A stretch of DNA of 64,000 nt. It comes from Eledone cirrhosa. Taxonomy: Eukaryota. The notes beneath the pieces are model-generated. The model saw only the letters and a list, made by a program, of their open reading frames with translations. It was not told the origin of the DNA and did not search any database. Below are positions 1 through 14,293 of this stretch, in pieces; position 1 is the first letter of the stretch; every line of letters begins with the position of its first letter. The position numbers and the translations under genes were made by a program. The stretch is taken from NCBI GenBank assembly GCA_964016885.1, contig OZ024753.1, positions 16,678,001-16,742,000 on the forward strand. Reading direction: 5' to 3'.

Positions 1-475
1 CAAATTCTTAAGTTCCATTACAAAAATATAAAATCTATTTAATCTGTCTCTGTAGTTCCATCTCATTAATTTATTTAACGAGTTTACCAATAATTACGAC
101 TTGAATAACTCTGCAACCTCACTAATTAGATCCTCCCCCCCCCTCTCTCGCTCTCTGTTTATGTGTTTATTTTTTCTGTAATTAAAACAGTTTAATTAAG
201 ATGTTGTTTAAGACAGAGTTAGGTCTGGTTTAACCAGTAGTCCTGTGGTCAGTGGTAGTTTAACTGAGACCATCATGGGGAAATGTGTGTCTGCTTTGTG
301 TATATATATGTGTGTATAATATATATATGTTTGAGTGTGTATATATGTGTGTATGTATATGCGTGCGTGCGTGCGTGTGTGTGTGTGTGTGTAGAAGTGT
401 GTGTGTGTGTAGAAGTATGTGTGTGTATGCATGTGTATGTGTGTGTGCTTATATATGTCTGTGCATATATATATA

Positions 476-532
<57 letters not shown>

Positions 533-560
533 ATATGTGTGTGCGTGTGTGTATATACGC

Positions 561-603
<43 letters not shown>

Positions 604-605
<2 letters not shown>

Positions 606-3260
606 CATCATCATCATCATTTTACGTCCACTTTTCCCTTCTTGCAAGGGTGGGACGGGTCCTATTCAGCACAGCATCTCTCCACTTGTCACGGTCCTTC
701 GTCATCTCCACCGTGAGCTTCAGTGATGTGAGGTCTGTTCTCACCACCTCCACCCATGTTTTTCGTGGTCTACCTCTACTGTGTCTTCCTTCTACTGGGA
801 TTTCTTGGCACTTCTTTACCCAGCGGTCATCCTCCATGTGCATCACATGTCCATACCACCGCAGTCTTCTCTCTCGGACACCACAACTTATCCCTCTTAT
901 ACACAGTTTCTCACTCAACTCATCTATGCTTGGTCGTTCACTTCACGCACATTGACATTGCACATCCAACGGAACATGCTTGCTTCATTTCTCTCCAACC
1001 ATCGCATATCCTCTGCAGTTGCTGCCCATGTCTCACTACCATGCAGCATAGCGCATTTCATATAACAGGCCTTTCATATGCAGAGAGAAACCCTTCTTTG
1101 TCAACAGAGGAAGCAGCTCCCTAAACTTCTTCCAACCGGTCCTTATTCTAGATACTATGGCCTCGGAACAACCCCCACCCACGCTAATCTGATCACCTAG
1201 GTACTGGAAGCTATCAACCACTTCTATAGAAACACACCTGCATTTGAGAAATGTGTCTTTCTGCCACTTTCATAACCTGATCCATCAGTTTTATGTCCCT
1301 ATAATTACTCTCTGCTAGAGCATTCCCTTTACCTTTGTAGCAATTTATGAGAATACTGCTGCATGAGTCTTTGGGTATGACACTACCATATATAGCTTGA
1401 TTGATGATGCGTGCAACCAGTTTAGTGCCTACTTCTCCTGATGCCTTCAGTATCTCAGCAACTATCCCAGACGGTCCAGCGGCCTTACCATTTTTCATTT
1501 CCTTAATTGCCTCTTGGACCCTATATTTGTCAATCTCAATAGCTGGCCCCTCTGTCGGGTCTACTGGCGGTAGTTTCTCTCCCTCCCAATTGTTCTCCAC
1601 ATTCATCAGTGTCTCATAATGACATTTCCAGGCCTCCTTTTTCAGATCATTAGTGACACTAAGTACACCAGCATCATTTTGGACACATTTATCTCCAACA
1701 ACATCCTGATTTACACTGACACACTGCCTTGCAATGCAGAACACCGCACATCTCTGATCTTCCCGTCGCAGAACATTGGCAAACCTCCTACTCTCCGCCT
1801 CCCTGCGTGCTAAGTACACCTGACGTCTAGCCTTTCTCTTAGCGGCTGTATATTCTTCCCTACTCCCACCCTTTTTCCAAGCCTTCCATGCTAGTCTTTT
1901 GTCTCTAATGGCCTTATCTACTGTTCTGTTCCACCACCAGGTCACTCCCTGTCTTGTTGGAGCTCTGCTCCAGCCACAAGTTTCATCAGTAGCCTGCAGT
2001 AAGTTGTCATGTAAGAAATTCCAGTTATCATCTATGTCATACGATTCTAAATCGTCTTCTTTTTCATCATACACATCTTGAAGGGCTTTCCTAAATTTAT
2101 ATTTTAGTGAAAGGACTTTTAGCTTCCAGACCTTCCTTTTCCACACCTTCCTGTATGTCTCATCCCATCTCTTGCTTATTGAGATGTCACTAACGACTAA
2201 CCTATACTGTGGGATACATTCTTCCCTGGGGTATGCCTTAGTATTTGACACCATCTGTCTGTCTCACTGCCTAACTAGCAGGAAGTCAATCTGGCTTATG
2301 TGCTCACCTAATTTGTAGGTTATTAGATTGTTGGTAGGTTTCTTGAAGTTAGTGTTGCAAATGGTTAGTTCATTTGTATCACAAAATTCAAGAAGCCTCA
2401 CTCCTTCATTTCTCGAGCCATAACTGTAACCACCATGTACCCCAGTGTATCCATCCTGGAGCTGTCCAACCTGACCATTGAAGTCCCCTGCTAGCATAAC
2501 AATGTCTCCATCCTCTGTTATTGAGGCTGTTTCTAAAAGTTGCTCGTAAAAGCAGTCCTTCTCTTCTTTACCTGAGGAGCATAGGCAGAGATGATTGTCA
2601 GCAGTCTCTTGCCTACCACTAATCTAATCTTAATTATTCTATTTCTAACTCTAACTACCTCTATTGTCTTATCGATCCATCTCTCAGCCAGTAAAATACC
2701 CCCCCCCCCCCAACCCATCATCATTACCCACCCAGAAAAGCTTATAACTAAGATGTTTGCCTGCAATTAGTCTTGCTGAGGCACCTCTCTATCTCACCTG
2801 TTGCATGCAGCACACATCCACATGTCTTCCCTCTATCATCTCCACTATCTCACCAGATCTACCTATTAGGGTACCAACATTAAGTGTGGCAACCCTGAGA
2901 TGCGGCATCTTTCGTTGAAACTTCTTCCTTTTCTGCAAAGAAAAATTGTTTATAATTGTGTTCATGTTGTGCGATTGCTTGATGATGGTTGGGGTGTTGT
3001 TGCACATGGCTGCACCAGCCACCACACTACTGTGCGCAGCCCTAATATGGTGGTTAGTGTTATTGCTGTTTACGCAGTTATTACTATATAAATTCTTTGT
3101 TGTTCTCATATTTGTTTTGGCATTAATACACTGGTTGGATGCCCTTCCTATCACCAACACCACTTTACAAGATGGACTGGGTGGTTTTATTCGTGCCACC
3201 AGCACTAGAGAGGTTGTCTTACTGGACTCAGGGACCCTGTCCACTCCATAGTTAAGCATG
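604..3260 (-). mobile_element. RTE-clade LINE, near full length, degenerate (5' leader, APE, partial RT, (ATG)n tail)
   Basis: ORF pieces LRVATLNVGTL..EIVEM..VDVCCMQ, IISAYAPQ, LAGDFNG (APE); EAIKEMKNGKAAGPSGI (RT N-term); RERRLRWYGHV..GRPRKTW (RTE C-term); 3' end ggacgtaaaa(tga)n at 604-630; frameshifts and an internal deletion. Confidence 0.93.
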
Positions 3261-3454
3261 GTTTTTAATAGCTAAATGTTACTACCATATATATCATCAT
3301 CATCATCATTGTTTTAATGTCTGCTTTCCCTGCTAGCAAATGTTGGACATAATATATCTGTATGTATGTAAAAAAATAAATGGAAACAACAAAACAACAC
3401 AACACAATACAGTACAATGAAGAAGTATATTAGTTTAATGCTTGATATGGTAGG

Positions 3455-3908
3455 AAAAGTGTGTTTACGTTTTGGACTTACATAAAAAGATGCAGAGCAC
3501 TAAAAGTCGATGGAAGCCTTGGAGTGGGGAGATACAAAAAGATCTGGGATGAAGTGATAAAAGCTGACCTTGCCCAATTGCACCTCTCAAAGGTGATAAC
3601 ACAAGACATTTGGCATTACACAGTAATACAGAAGACCCAACTTCCCACGGGTACAAGCCGAAGCTGAAGCATATAGACATTATCCCCCCCAGTAAAGTGG
3701 TCGTGTAGGCGCCATGGTAAAAAAGCATCCAATAGTCACTAACAGGGTGGTGTTAGGAAAGGCATCCAGTTGTAGAAATCAAGCCAGAATCAATTCCCGT
3801 ATGAGCAAGACATGGTCACCTGACCTGGCAATTCCCACAACAGAACAACCCGCTTAACCCATGCTAGCGTGAAAGAATGGATGTAAAATGGTGATGATGA
3901 TGATGATT
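3455..3908 (+). mobile_element. Composite non-autonomous RTE derivative (ORF 3' remnant + leader motif + RTE tail)
   Basis: GVGRYKKIWDEVIKADL remnant, then ttaggaaaggcatccagttgtagaaa, acccatgctagcgtg..ggatgtaaaa(tga)n. Confidence 0.75.
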
Positions 3909-3910
3909 AC

Positions 3911-4066
3911 TCTATCTATATATCTAAAACAAAGAATGTATGTCTGTCCGTCTGTCTGACAGCTCACTAAAACTCGAGAACCACCCAACCGATTGTTTTC
4001 AAACTTTATATGAAATATATAAGAACCCTAGAGCCAATCCCGTGCAACGCCGGGCCATTCTGCTAG
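3911..4066 (+). mobile_element. Short non-autonomous Helitron
   Basis: 5' TC (tctatctatata), internal gtct repeats, subterminal GC hairpin cccgtgcaacgccggg, 3' CTAG followed by T. Confidence 0.7.
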
Positions 4067-4069
4067 TAT

Positions 4070-4264
4070 TTACTATTATATTTTCACAGTAAAGGCTTTG
4101 CCTCGCTTAATTATCTCAGATAATATCGAATCTATGAGATTTTGATATTATTTATTTTGAAAACAATACCTCAACATCAGTATGATCAGCCGGTTATAGC
4201 CGGTTGGAACAGAAAAACGTGAGAGAATTCTGGCCAGATTTAAGCCAGTTTCAATGCTAAAGGG
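4070..4264. mobile_element. TTAA-flanked piggyBac-like MITE, truncated copy
   Basis: Ends in atgctaaaggg-TTAA; body matches copies at 17329, 38617, 42024 and 46479. Confidence 0.7.
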
Positions 4265-4407
4265 TTAAACCCAGCTTCACCCTCGGTTCGTCCTCTGCTT
4301 TTCTCTCACATTTACATTGCACATCCAACGAGGCATGGCTGGTTCATTTCTCTCCAAACCTGATTGTAGTAAGGATAAGAAGGAGGAAGAGCAGGTTTAG
4401 TAAACTA

Positions 4408-4934
4408 TGAGGGTCAGCTGAAAAGTTGATAGGCTGACCAAGATACTCTCATGGAATGACCAAATGAGTTTTATTTTTCAACATAGTCCTTGGAAAGAAA
4501 TAATGCAGTTTATTAATAAGAAGAGTTGAAATTAATGCATGCAAGATTTCACAGCTCTAGCATCACTCCTTCATAGGTTGAAATGTTCATAGGCTGACCA
4601 AGATACTCTCATGAAATGACCAAATGAGGTTTATTTTTCAACATAGACCCTGGAAAGAAATAATGCAGTTTATTAATAAGAAGAGTTGAAATTAATGCAT
4701 GCAAGATTTCACAGCTCTAGCATCACTCCTTCATAGGTTGAAATGTTCATAGGCTGACCAAGATACTCTCATGAAATGACCAAATGAGGTTTATTTTTCA
4801 ACATAGACCTTGGAAAGAAATAATGCAGTTTATTAATAAGAAGAGTTGAAATTAATGCATGCAAGATTTCACAATTTCACAGCTCTAGCATGACTCCTTC
4901 ATAGTCAGCCTGTGAACTTTTCAGCCAACCCATG
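4408..4934. mobile_element. Mariner/Tc1-like MITE with internal 160-bp triplication
   Basis: TA-flanked; terminal inverted repeats gggtcagctgaaaagttgataggctgac / gtcagcctgtgaacttttcagccaaccc; aggctgaccaagatactctc recurs at 4431, 4591, 4751. Confidence 0.75.
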
Positions 4935-5071
4935 TATATAACCGTTTGTTTGCGACAAAAATAGAACATAAACAACAAATAAGCAAAGTGGTTGTATTGT
5001 ATAATTTCATTGTTTCTATTATGAATAGAACTTTTGTGCTATCAATTTGTTTCAAACAAATGTTATACATG

Positions 5072-5135
<64 letters not shown>

Positions 5136-5174
5136 GATAGTCTGCACTTGGCGTCTCAGTTGGGTCTATACCTA

Positions 5175-5210
<36 letters not shown>

Positions 5211-5214
5211 AAAC

Positions 5215-5409
5215 AAAAGAAATGTGGTAAGGAACCAGATGGACCATAACGCACCAGAGTACTCAATACTTAGGGTAGTAGAGTGGGAAATAGGAAAAAG
5301 TATGACCCCGACGGCAGAGCTCAAGCCGTTTTGATGGCTATTTCTATTAGTCCAGAAATAGCCGTCGAAACGGCTTGAGCTCTGCCGTCAGGGTCATACT
5401 TTTTCCTAT
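5215..5409 (-). mobile_element. Palindromic PLE-like terminal element (family of 7425, 20652, 59548)
   Basis: About 55-bp inverted arms 5290-5409 carrying a hammerhead 3' half (cgaaacggc..gccgtc), unpaired tail on the left, flanked by (TA)n. Confidence 0.65.
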
Positions 5410-5477
5410 ATATATATATTTATAAATGAAGTAATTCCGTCGGAAAAGTCCAGGAAAAAAGAGTGCTCCATGATATA

Positions 5478-5660
5478 TAATTGTTTCTACTTTAGGCACA
5501 AGGCCAGCAATTACCCAGTGCATTACTGGTACTTTATTTTATCGACCCCGTAAGGATGAAAGGCAAAGTCAACCTCGGCGGGATTTGAACTCAGATCATA
5601 AAGGGATGTAACTATGCTGGAAAGCATGGCGTCTGACCCTCTACTGATACTGCTAATCTA
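5478..5660 (-). mobile_element. tRNA-headed Meta-domain-like SINE
   Basis: Reverse complement has B-box gagttcaaatcc and ttgactttgcctttcatccttacggggtcgataaaataaagtacc; about 14 copies in the window. Confidence 0.8.
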
Positions 5661-5671
5661 TCGATTTATAT

Positions 5672-5877
5672 ATATAATGTATAATAAACAATACAATATA
5701 ATGTATAATACAATATAATGTATAATACAATATAATGTATAATACAATATAATGTATAATACAATATAATGTAAATACAATATAATGTATAATACAATAT
5801 AATGTATAATACAATATAATGTATAATACAATATAATGTAAATACAATATAATGTATAATAAACAATACAATATAAT
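5672..5877. repeat. About 17-bp minisatellite (atataatgtataataca)n
   Basis: Direct tandem repeats; unexpanded version visible at 33193-33225. Confidence 0.85.
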
Positions 5878-5950
5878 TACCTCATTACCTGAAGTTTCCC
5901 GAATAAGATGAATACAAGAAACGTCCTCATTCGTTCGTCAGACAAGGCAA
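5878..5950 (-). ncRNA. Type-I hammerhead ribozyme candidate
   Basis: Reverse complement: ccuugu CUGACGA a-cgaaugagg...ucuuauucg-g GAAA cuucag GUA augagg; stems I, II and III pair. Confidence 0.6.
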
Positions 5951-6365
5951 TTTAAAACATGGTGAAATATTTGAAAAATCTCCTCAAGAAAGGCAAAAGT
6001 TTAACGGGCAAAAAAAATATATAAATAAAAGTAATAATACAAGAGATATACAAAAATAAAATAAGGAAATATAGTAAGGGTAAGTGTATAAATGTGTGTA
6101 TATACACTTACAAATGTACATATGTGTGTATATACAAATGCATGTGTATAGTGAAAAAAATGTGTGCGTAAGTACATACATGAGGGCAAGCATATCAGTG
6201 TATGTGTGACCACAAATATGTATATAATATATGTTGAAAAAAGAAATTGTAAGATATTATTATACATTAAATTTAGCTCTGTAACTTACATAGAGCACTC
6301 TTCACTCCTATGACTTTTTGAATTTTCAACGGAAACTTCAATACTTATATGTATATGTATATGTG

Positions 6366-6401
<36 letters not shown>

Positions 6402-6656
6402 TTGAGAGAGAGAGAGAGAGAGAGAGAGGTTTAGACCCAACTGAAATGCCAAGTGCAGACTCTCTATAAACATCTATTATATAAAGAAATTACTTCTACA
6501 GGACTAAAACTATTTTATTCATATGATGATTTCACACAAATGAAACAGTTCTAGACCTGTAAAAGTCATTTCTTTATAAAAAAAAAAGCCTGTACTCTAC
6601 CAATGTATTGTGTACATTTTTTTAACTGTGGTCATCTCTTGATATCAATAATTATA

Positions 6657-7150
6657 TCATCATCATCATCATCATCTTCGTTTAACGTCCATCTTCCAAA
6701 CTAGCATGGGTTAGACGGGAGTTGTCCCACTTGAGGCAAGATTGGTTGGGTGACCGTGTCTCGCTCATATAGGACTCTCTGGTAGGTTTTCTACGGCTGG
6801 ATGCCCTTCCTAACACCAACCACATTACACCATGGACTGTGTGTTTTTTGTCGTGACACCTACACGATCTCAATCTCATTATCTCATTTATTTGGACTGG
6901 ATGTTGTGGTACCAACTTTACAATGAGATGGTGGTGTTCGTGGGAGTGGGAGGATAGGGTAGGGGTAGTGGATTGGGGTTTATATTTGGTTAAGCGGTGC
7001 CTACTGACTGTAGGTTTCGCTTTGTACATAGGCAAGCTGGGTCTTTTGTATTACTGCGTAGCGCCAAAGATCTCGGTCCAGTGACATTGTCTTAGAGAGG
7101 TGCAAGTGTGTAAGGTCGGAATTTATTAAATCGTCCCAGGTTTTTCTGGG
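6657..7150 (-). mobile_element. Composite non-autonomous RTE derivative
   Basis: GPRKTWDDLINSDL..DRDLWRYAV remnant, leader motif gttaggaagggcatccagcc, RTE tail with (ATG)n. Confidence 0.75.
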
Positions 7151-7173
7151 TCCAGCTACTCCGTAACTTCGAT

Positions 7174-7218
<45 letters not shown>

Positions 7219-7223
<5 letters not shown>

Positions 7224-7408
7224 GTTTCTACTTTAGGCACAAGGCCAGCAATTACCCAGTTCATTACTGGTACTTTATTTTATCGACCCCGTAAGGATGA
7301 AAGGCAAAGTCAACCTCGGTGGGATTTGAACTCAGATCGTAAAGGGACGTAACTATGCTGGAAAGCATGGCGTCCGAGCCTCTACTGATACTGCCAATCC
7401 ACCGCCCG
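7219..7408 (-). mobile_element. Meta-domain-like SINE, full length
   Basis: Head gggcggtggattggcagtatcagtagag, B-box, Meta-like core, tail agaaacaatta inserted in (TA)n. Confidence 0.85.
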
Positions 7409-7665
7409 TTTATATATATATATAATGAAGGAAGTGTGGTAAGGAACCAGGTGGACCATAATGCACCAAAGTACTTGATACTAGCTGTCGAAACGGCCAG
7501 AGCTCAGCCGTCAGAGTCTTGACTCTTTTCCTATATTAGAAAGTGTGGTTTTTTTACAAAATGAAAAAAAAAACGAAGTGTCCTACACGAGTGAAAGTAT
7601 AAGGAAAAAAGATGAAATCGAAAATGCAACTGGAGTCTTTTTTTCTTAAATATATATTTATTTGG

Positions 7666-7706
7666 TTCCTTTACCGGTTTCGCAGTTCCTATGCTTTTCA
7701 AAAGTA
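7666..7706 (-). ncRNA. Minimal hammerhead candidate with U3-A8 core variant
   Basis: Reverse complement: cuu UUGAAAA gca-uaggaac-ugc GAAA CCGG UA aag. Confidence 0.55.
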
Positions 7707-7784
7707 GAATTGAGATGGAGGGTTTGTGGTTTTTCTCATATATACATATATATATGGGTAGGTATTAGAGATGCAAATTAACAG

Positions 7785-8498
7785 CAATGTTACATGGTAG
7801 TGAGACCTGGGCGCTGTCTGTAGAAGACTTGCCAAGATTAGAAAGAAACAAAGCTTGTATGCTCCGATGGATGTGTAATAGTAATATACGCGAACGGCAA
7901 AGCATAAAATGAATTGAGAGAGAGACTGAGGAATCAAATGCTGTGTGCAGGAGAGGAGGTTGCATTGGTATTGGTATGGATGCATGCGTATGAAGGATGA
8001 CAGCTGCATAAAATGGTGCAGAGCACTAGAAGTCGATGGAAACCTTGGAGTGGGGAGACCCAAGAAGACCTGGGATGAGGTGATTAAAGCCGACCTTACC
8101 CAATTACACCTCTCAAAGGTGATGACACACGACCGTGACCTCTGGCGTCACGCAGTAATACAGAGTACCCGACCTCCCATGGGTACAAGCCGAAGATGAA
8201 GCATATAGACAATATGCTCCCACCCCTCCCACTGCAAAATGGTTGTGGAGGTGCCACGGCAAAAAAGCACCCAAAACTCACTGTAAAGTAGTCGTGGAGG
8301 TGCCACGGCAAAAAAGCACCCAGCACTCACTGTAAATGAGGTTGGTGTTAGGAAGGGCATCCAGCTGTAGAAATCAAGCCAGACTCAGTTCCCATATGAG
8401 CAAGACAAGGTCAGCCGACCGGACACTGCCCACAACAGGACAACCCGTCTAACCCATGCTAGTGTAGAAGAATGGACGTAAAATGGTGATGATGATGA
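7785..8498 (+). mobile_element. RTE 3' ORF remnant fused to leader-motif module and RTE tail
   Basis: MLHGSETW and ERRLHWY..GRPKKTWDEVI remnants; two ggtgccacggcaaaaaagcacc units; aggaagggcatccagc; (ATG)n tail. Confidence 0.8.
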
Positions 8499-8729
8499 GG
8501 CGGTATGCCAAATGAGCACTCGATGCTCTTCGGGAGCAGAGTTTCAATAATATTTATATATAAGGGAAGAAAGAATGAGTGTTGCATCATATACATATTT
8601 AATTACATATTACACATGTTTCACTATATGTATCTATATTGTGTGTGTGTGTGTGAGTATCTGTATATTACTCTTTAACCTGTTCGAGCCATCTGGCTGT
8701 GGCCATGCTGGGGCATCCCCCTTGTTGCT

Positions 8730-9288
8730 ACACGTATCTCCAGCCTGCGTTGGCTGCCCATTGGTGTAAGAGGGAGTTTGTTGCTGCTGCCCTTAGGTTT
8801 CCTTCGTACCATGCTGTGGGCTCATTCGGGATCCTGGATAGCTGAGTGTCAAGATATTTCTTGAAGACATCCACATCCACACCATGCAGATCTCTCAGAT
8901 TTCTTGGCAGCTTGTTGAAGAGTTGAGGACCCTTGAACCCCAGGTTATTGCAATATCTGCTCCTTATTTTAGATGTGGAAGATGGGACCTTTGGCATCAC
9001 ACAGTGACCTCCTGTTCGGAGGTTGGTCCAGCTCCCAATGCCAAAGTTTGGTGCTAGTCCCTCCAGGATTTTCCACATGTAGATCACTGTGTATCTCTCC
9101 CGTCTTCATTCCAAGGAGTAGAGGTTTAGTTCTTTTAGCCTCTCCCAGTAGCTTATCTCCTTCATTGTGGCAATCCTCTTGGTGTGGCTTTGTTGGATTG
9201 CCTCAAGCTCCGTGGTTAGTTTGACACTATGGGGTGACTACAGCTGGGAGCAATAGTCCAGTCAGCTTAGGAAAATTGTCCTCCATAG
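8730..9288 (-). mobile_element. CR1-like LINE 3' remnant
   Basis: IYMWKILEGLAPN..GPQLFNKLPRNLRD..VDVFKKYLD, typical of the CR1/L2-group ORF2 C-terminus. Confidence 0.75.
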
Positions 9289-9393
9289 TAAAGGTGAAAG
9301 AATTCTGGCCAGATATGGCCGGTTTAAAAGCTAAAGGGTTAATACAAAATCCAAATTCATGCTATTAGACTATTTTAATTATTTCCTTTAGAG

Positions 9394-9708
9394 TAACTGT
9401 CCCCAAACGTTTTGCACCATGGACCAATGTGATGCAAGAGAATTTCTTCATGGACCACAGTTTCTCATGAATCCTCTTTAATTGTGCCTCATTGTCTTCT
9501 ACCATTTCATAAATTCCTCCAGTTATGCTAATAGCTGAAAGACGAACAATTGTTACATTTTTAATTGAAGTTTCACCTAAAACTTCATGGTAAATGTCCT
9601 TAGTGGCCAGCAAGATCATCTGTTTAACAATAGTGATGGGCTTCTTACTGGACCAATACCAAATGTTCCATGGCTACCAGTCCATATTCTTGTGGTTGGG
9701 GACTGCTG
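9394..9708. mobile_element. hAT (Charlie-like) MITE
   Basis: Termini taactgtccccaaac / ggttggggactgctg; perfect 8-bp target site duplication ctttagag at 9386-9393 and 9709-9716. Confidence 0.8.
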
Positions 9709-9869
9709 CTTTAGAGGATAATTGTCTTCAAACATTTTAACTATGCAAATTATATTCACCCAAAATTATTAATAATTTGTTTGCTGTATGTAAAAATAAA
9801 TTGTGGTCAGCTTTTTGTCAGTTCTTGTAAAATTGTGAAACTTATATATCTCACGCTCTTTATCTCTCA

Positions 9870-10465
9870 GTCTGTCTCTCTCTCCCTCACCCCTCTCTCT
9901 CTAGCTCACCCCCTTCTCTCTACCTCACCCCCCTCTCTCTAGCTCACCCCCTTCTCTCTACCTCACCCCCCTCTCTCTACCTCACCCCCTTCTCTCTAGC
10001 TCACCCTCCTCTCTCTACCTCACCCCCTTCTCTCTAGCTCACCCTCCTCTCTCTAGCTCACCCCCTCTCGCTACTTCACCCCTCTCTCCCTCACCCCCTT
10101 CTCTCTAGCTCACCCTCCTCTCGCTACCTCACCCCCTCTCTCTACCTCACCCCCTCTTGCTACTTCACCCCTCTCTCTCTCCCTCACTCCTCTCTCTCTC
10201 TACCTCACCCCTCTCTCTACTTCACCCCTCTCTCTCTCCCTCACTTCTCTCTCTCTCTAGCTCACCCCCTCTCTCTACCTCACCCCTCTCTCTCTACCTC
10301 ACCCCCTCTCTACCCCACCCCTCTCTCTACCCCACCCCTCTCTCTTTCTGACCTGCTCATTTTCTCTCTCTGTCCCTTCTGTTCCCTCTCTCTCACTTTC
10401 TCTCTCCCTCTCCCTCCCTCACTATCCTCCCGCTCTCCCGCTCTCACTACCCCCCCCCCCCCTCA
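9870..10465. repeat. C/T-rich minisatellite, about 20-bp unit (ctctctagctcaccccct)
   Basis: Degenerate tandem repeats. Confidence 0.85.
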
Positions 10466-10559
10466 TCTCTTTTATTTGAGATATTCCAAAATTTGTTAAA
10501 TTACAACAAATAATTATTTCCTATTCATATATTTTCACAAACAACTTCCTATTTTGAAA

Positions 10560-12016
<1,457 letters not shown>

Positions 12017-12135
12017 ATTTTGATAATATTAATACCCAGAGAAAATGTTTTCATATCTCCCCACCATTCTAAATATCTGTCTGTGTGTGTTTACATACAT
12101 ATATATGTGTGTGTGTGTTTACATATATATGTATC

Positions 12136-12167
<32 letters not shown>

Positions 12168-12347
12168 CACTCAATCACACACACACAGCAGTTCCACCCA
12201 AATCTCCAGATATCAAAATGTCAGAGGTCAACTAGTTTCATGTGAAAGAAGATTTTGTTTATATTTATATTTTTTTCTTAATATTTTCATATTTTGTTAT
12301 TTTCTCTTCTAAACAACCAGAAACCATTATCACCATCTTAGAATTAC

Positions 12348-12475
<128 letters not shown>

Positions 12476-12489
12476 TGTATGTATATATC

Positions 12490-13045
12490 TGAGGATGTAT
12501 GGGCGGCGATGGTGAGAGGTGACCTTAGATAGCTGAGGCTCACAGAGGAAATGATGAAGGACCGTGTCAAATGGACCGATGCTGTGCTGTAGAGGATCCG
12601 TCCCACCCTTGCAAACAAGGGAAAGTGGACGTCTGATGATGATGTTATATCAGAAGTCAATGGAAACCGCAGAGTGGGGAGACCTGGGATGGGGTGATGA
12701 GGGCCAACCTTACCCAATTACACCTCTGGCGCCACGCAGTAATACAGAGTGCCCGACCTCCCACGGGTACAAGCCGAAGCTGAAGCATATAGACAATATG
12801 CCCCACACCCTCCCACTGCAAAGTGGTCGTGGAGGCCCCACGGAAAAAAAGCACCCAGCACTCACTGTAAATGAGGTTGGTGTTAGGAAGGGCATCCAGC
12901 TGTAGAAATCAAGCCAGAATCAGTTCCTCTATGAGCAAGACATGGTCAGCAGACCAGACACTTCCCACAACAGGACAACCCGTCTAACCCATGCTAGCGT
13001 GGAAGAATGGATGTAAAACAGTGATGATGATGATGATGATGATGA
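12490..13045 (+). mobile_element. RTE 3' end followed by a composite RTE derivative
   Basis: aaggaccgtgtcaaatgg..acccttgcaaacaagggaaagtggacgt(ctgatga), then the same module as 7785-8498. Confidence 0.75.
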
Positions 13046-13051
13046 TATATC

Positions 13052-13330
13052 ATTGATATTAATAAATGGAAATCATATTTGTTCTATTATATATATTTCA
13101 AGGGTACCAAAACATTGGTATGCTCTCATCATAAAACAAACTTTGTATTTTATCTGATGAGAGCGTACCAAAGTTTTGGTACCCTTGAAATATATATAAT
13201 AGAATAAATATGGTTTTATAAATATAGTTTCCATTTATTAATATCATTGATATTATACTCCAAAAAAACTTGTCGAGTGCTTCGAATCGGTTATAAATAT
13301 ATTTGTTGAATTACCAATAAATTAAATATT
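13052..13330 (+). mobile_element. Palindromic PLE-like terminal element with hammerhead
   Basis: Inverted copy 13052-13135 of 13150-13255; tail tactc..gagtgc; same family as 25870 and 34050. Confidence 0.7.
13147..13205 (+). ncRNA. Type-I hammerhead ribozyme
   Basis: auuuuau CUGAUGA gagcguacc-aaaguuuu-gguacccuu GAAA uauauAUA auagaau. Confidence 0.72.
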
Positions 13331-13344
13331 CCTTTGCTTCCACC

Positions 13345-13740
13345 TTACCTAAGTGCAAAGTGAAACCTACTACAGTCAGTAGGCACCTCTAACAAAATAC
13401 ACCCCCGTCCCACTACCCCCACCCCATCCACACCACCCCTTTCAATGTAAAGTTATGTTGGTACCACAACATCCAGCCCGAAACAAATGAGGTCGTGTAG
13501 GTGTCACGACAAAAAACACACACAGTCCACGCTGTAATGAGGCCGTGTAGGTAACACGGTAAAAACCTCCCAGTTCCACACTGTAAATGTGGTTGGTGTT
13601 AGGAGGGCATCCAGCTGTAGAAAACCCGCCAGACAGTCCTATACGAGCAAGACAACCACTCTTGCCTCAAGTGGGAAAACTCCCGTCCAAACCCATGCGA
13701 GCGTGGAATATGGACGTTAAACGATGATGATGATGATGAT
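13345..13740 (+). mobile_element. Composite non-autonomous RTE derivative (family of 19720 and 49688)
   Basis: Leader-motif repeats, ggtgttaggagggcatccagc, acccatgcgagcgtggaa..ggacgttaaacg(atg)n. Confidence 0.75.
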
Positions 13741-13967
13741 ATATATATATTTATTATATATATATATATTTATTATAAGAACAGATTAAAGTTTAAGCAA
13801 AGAATTGCTACTTTCACCCTTAATGGGATATTCTGAGTTTCTTATAATACATATTTAATCTACGGGTTTTTATATATTTTATATATATATCTAATCCTTA
13901 TCGAACCCTCTTCATATTTTAGTCTTCACATTTATTATTACTGTATATATATTTCATTCATTCATTT

Positions 13968-14293
13968 CATTTTACGTCCGCTTTTCCCTGCTTGCAAGGG
14001 TGGGACGGGAACTGATTCTGGCTTTATTTCTACAGCTGGATGCCCTTCCTAACACCAACCTCATTTACAGTGAGTGCTGTGTGCTTTTTTGCCCTGGCAC
14101 CTGCATGACCACTTTGCATTGGAATGATATGGACCCCAGTCCCTACATTCTCATTTCTACAGCTGAGTAAACTGGAGCAATGTGAAATAAAGTGTCTTGC
14201 TCAAGGAAACAACACATCACCCGGTCTGAGAATTGAACTCACAACCTTTCGATTGCACGGCCAATGCTCTAACCACTAAGCCATGTGCCTCCA
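13968..14293 (-). mobile_element. tRNA-headed CORE-like SINE with RTE-derived tail
   Basis: Reverse complement head ggaggcacatggcttagtggttagagc (A-box), gagttcaattc (B-box), tccttgagcaagacact core, tail matching the RTE 3' end. Confidence 0.85.
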
